Origin: the human T2T-CHM13v2.0 reference genome, Homo sapiens
Direction: 5' to 3' (one strand)
DNA length: 64,000 nucleotides
NCBI RefSeq assembly: GCF_009914755.1
Contig: NC_060948.1
Position numbers and translations under genes: made by a program. Every line of letters begins with the position of its first letter. Within the stretch, counting starts at the first letter, position 1. Under the pieces are notes generated by a model. The model did not search any database. It was not told the origin of the DNA and saw only the letters and a program-made list of their open reading frames with translations. This document shows, piece after piece, positions 59,336 through 64,000 of the stretch.

Positions 59336-61463
59336 AGATCCATATTTTTTAAATGAAAAAAAATTTCAAAGGTACTCTGCTTGGTACAATAATCAAATGT
59401 ATAAACTGAGGAATAAAACATAACCATGAAACCTACTTATAACTGCATATGGAAAATACAGAGGATAATTTTTTAAATAACATATTTTGAAAGCCTTAAC
59501 TAGTAATTTGAAGAGTTGGCATTTGTAAGGCCAGTATGAATATACCTTCAAAGCAGCAACACAGGTTCCCCATGAGAAAAAGCAAACTCAGGGAAAATAA
59601 AACCACAAAGGTTCAATCTCTTCTGACCTTTGAATGACACAGCACAGACAGTGGTCCTTAGGACGAAGAGCAGGAGACCCCTAATTCCGTCATCATGGCG
59701 ATAGGGCATAAACATTGCTGGGTGAGGGCACAATCCACATTGTGAGGTCCAACTGCTGCCAGGAAGACAGGAGTGCTTTTACATAGACCGAAAGGTCATT
59801 GAAGGCTCAGAGTTTTGTTTCAAGAACTGAATCCCAAGCCCACACGTTATTAGGCTGCGCTTCTTAAAACAAGTTATGAGATGGGAAAAAGGGCACCCAC
59901 AAACATACGTATACATTATGTATATAATAATATACAGTATCATATATAAAATATGTATAACCTATGTATAATATTGTTTTACATCCTGCATCTTATATTA
60001 TATATATTGTATAAAATATAATAATTGATAATATATAAGTTTTATATTTATACAATATGACATATAGTATATATTATACTTTATGACATATATAATATAT
60101 GTTATATATCATATATAGAATATATTATACGGTTAATATACCTATTAAATATAAATTATACATTATATATATTATATAAAATATATCTGTTATATATAAT
60201 ACCCATTATGCATAATATATATATTATGTCTATGTTATATATAGTATAAAACAACATATAATAATATACAATTGTATATATAAAATGCGACATATAATAT
60301 ATATTATATTTTATGACATATGTAATATATATTATATATTATATATAATACGTTGTATGTATAATACCTATATTAAATATATATTATATGACTATGTTAT
60401 TAATTACATGTCACATATGTTATATATTATATATTTTACATAGAATATACCGGTTACATACAATATATACTATGTTACCTATAATGTATAATTGATTACA
60501 TGTAAAATAAAGAATGCAATATATTATGTATAATTTATAATATACAATATGTGGAATGTGATATATATAACATATAATATATGATATATGATATACAGTA
60601 TATGATATATAACATACAATATATGATACCTAGTATATATGGTATACAATATATATTTTATGATATGTATTCTATATGTTTTATATTCTGTTATATATAA
60701 CTATTTGAAATTATATATAACTGTATAATATTTTATGTAAATATGTAATATAATATATATAACTATATAATATATTATATATAACTATATATTATGTTAT
60801 ATATACTTTTATAACATAATTTACATAAAATGTCATAATATAATATATATTATATTATTTCACATTACATAATATATTTTACATATCACCCAATATAAGT
60901 AACATACATAATATTATAATATAGATTATATTATGTTATATTAAATATCATATATATCATGTATCATATATTCTATAATATATATTACACATTATATAAT
61001 ATGTATGTTGTCTATTTTGTGATATATAAAACTATATATATAATTATATTATTATACATATAACTAGATAAACATGTAATTCTACATATTTTCATTTGTA
61101 ATATATAGAATTATATAATCATATATAATTATTTATATTCTATAAAAAATTATATCATTATATAAATTATAATATAAAAAAATTATAATATGTACTACAA
61201 ATATACATATTATATATCATATATGATATAGTACCTTTGTTATATATCATAATACATATAAATGTGTATTATGTTATCTTTAATTATATAATTTCATATA
61301 TAAGATGTATAATATGTATTATATATTGTCTAGGTTATGTAATATATATAGTATATGTAAGCTGACACAGGATAAATATTATATACTATGACATATAAAA
61401 TATATGAGGTTATATGTTACATATAAGGCATAGCACATAACATGTAATATATATCATATATAA

Positions 61464-61755
<292 letters not shown>

Positions 61756-63878
61756 AGATCCATATTTTTTAAATGAAAAAAAATTTCAAAGGTACTCTGC
61801 TTGGTACAATAATCAAATGTATAAACTGAGGAATAAAACATAACCATGAAACCTACTTATAACTGCATATGGAAAATACAGAGGATAATTTTTTAAATAA
61901 CATATTTTGAAAGCCTTAACTAGTAATTTGAAGAGTTGGCATTTGAAAGGCCAGTATGAATATACCTTCAAAGCAGCAACACAGGTTCCCCATGAGAAAA
62001 AGCAAACACAGGGAAAATAAAAACACAAAGGTTCAATCTCTTCTGACCTTTGAAAGACACAGCACAGACAGTGGTCCTTAGGACGAAGAGCAGGAGACCC
62101 CTAATTCCGTCACCATGGCGATAGGGCACAAACATTGCTGGGTGAGGGCACAATCCACATTGAGAGGTCCAACTGCTGCCAGGAAGACAGGAGTGCTTTT
62201 ACATAGACCGAAAGGTCATTGAAGGCTCAGAGTTTTGTTTCAAGAACTGAATCCCAAGCCCACACGTTATTAGGCTGCGCTTCTTAAAACAAGTTATGAG
62301 ATGAGAAAAAGGGCACCCACAAACATACGTATACATTATGTATATAATAATATACAGTATCATATATATAATATATATAACCTATGTATAATATTGTTTT
62401 ACATCCTGCATCTTATATTATATATATTGTATAAAATATAATAATTCATAATATATAACGTTTATATTTATACAATATGACATATAGTATATATTATAAT
62501 TTATGACATATATAATATATGTTATATATCATATATAGAATATATTATACGGTTAATATACGTATTAAATATAAATTATACATTATATATATTATATAAA
62601 ATATATCTGTTATATATAATACCCTTTATGCATAATATATATATTATGTCTATGTTATATATAGTATAAAACAACATATAATAATATATAATTGTATATA
62701 TAAAATGCGACATATAATATATATTATATTTTATGACATATGTAATATATATTATATATTATATATAATACGTTGTATGTATAATACCTATATTAAATAT
62801 ATATTATATGACTATGTTATTAATTACATGTCACATATGTTATATATTATATATTTTACATAGAATATACCGGTTACATGCAATATATACTATGTTACCT
62901 ATAATGTATAATTGATTACATGTAAAATAAAGAATGCAATATATTATGTATAATTTATAATATACAATATGTGGAATGTGATATATATAACATATAATAT
63001 ATGATATATGATATACAGTATATGATATATAACATACAATATATGATACCTAATATATATGGTATACAATATATATTTTATGATATGTATTCTATATGTT
63101 TTATATTCTGTTATATATAACTATTTGAAATTATATATAACTGTATAATATTTTATGCAAATATGTAATATAATATATATAACTATATAATATATTATAT
63201 ATAACTATATATTATGTTATATATACTTTTATCACATAATTTACATTAAATATCATAATATAATATATATTATATTATTTCACATTACATAATATATATT
63301 ACATATCACCCAATATAAGTAACATACATAATATTATAATATAGATTATATTATGTTATATTAAATATCATATATATCATGTATCATATATTCTATAATA
63401 TATATTACACATTATATAATATGTATGTTGTCTATTATGTGATATATATAACTATATATAATTATATTATTATACATATAACTAGATAAACATGTAATTC
63501 TACATATTTTCATTTATAATATATAGAATTATATAATCATATATAATTATTTATATTCTATAAAAAATTATATCATTATATAAATTATAATATATAAAAA
63601 TTATAATATGTACTACATATATATATTATATATCATATATGATATAGTACCTTTGTTATATATCATAATACATATAAATGTGTATTATGTTATCTATAAT
63701 TATATAATTTCATATATAAGTTGTATAATATGTATCAAATATTATATATGTGTGTAATATATATAGTATATATAAGCTGACACAGGATAAATATTATATA
63801 CTATGACATATAAAATATATGAGGTTATATGTTACATATAAGGCATAGCACATAACATGTAATATATATCATATATAA

Positions 63879-64000
63879 TTTTTTTTTAGACAGAGTCTTG
63901 TCCTGTTGCACAGGGTGGGGTACAATGGCGCCATCTTTGCTCACTGCAACATCTGCCTCAAGGGTCCAAGCGATTGGCCTCCCTCAGCCTCCCAGGTAGC
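63879..64000 (-). mobile_element. Alu fragment U27 (cut by the window end)
   Basis: T-run plus the Alu right-arm sequence up to CCCAGGTAGC. Confidence 0.9.

Overview
The whole 64-kb window is one uninterrupted head-to-tail tandem array of a ~2.41-2.42 kb composite unit (26 complete periods plus partial units at the edges). Each unit has three parts: a ~1.55 kb cryptically simple AT-rich tract, a ~292 bp 5'-truncated Alu on the minus strand, and a ~575 bp moderate-GC segment (HSATI-like). This is the architecture of the human DYZ2 / HSat1B satellite, most likely from Yq12 heterochromatin, although smaller HSat1B arrays on acrocentric short arms cannot be excluded from sequence alone. There are no credible genes: all ORFs are copies of a few chance reading frames. 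I found no support for a new gene-based system. The real information is in unit-to-unit variants. A 2,413-bp subfamily block is nested between 2,417-2,421-bp units. There are 1-, 2-, 3- and 5-unit duplications, one with a breakpoint mappable to ~136 bp, and chimeric units that share rare alleles over ~48 kb. Units are numbered U1-U27 by their Alu/HSATI part. Variants were compared by eye, not by alignment software.
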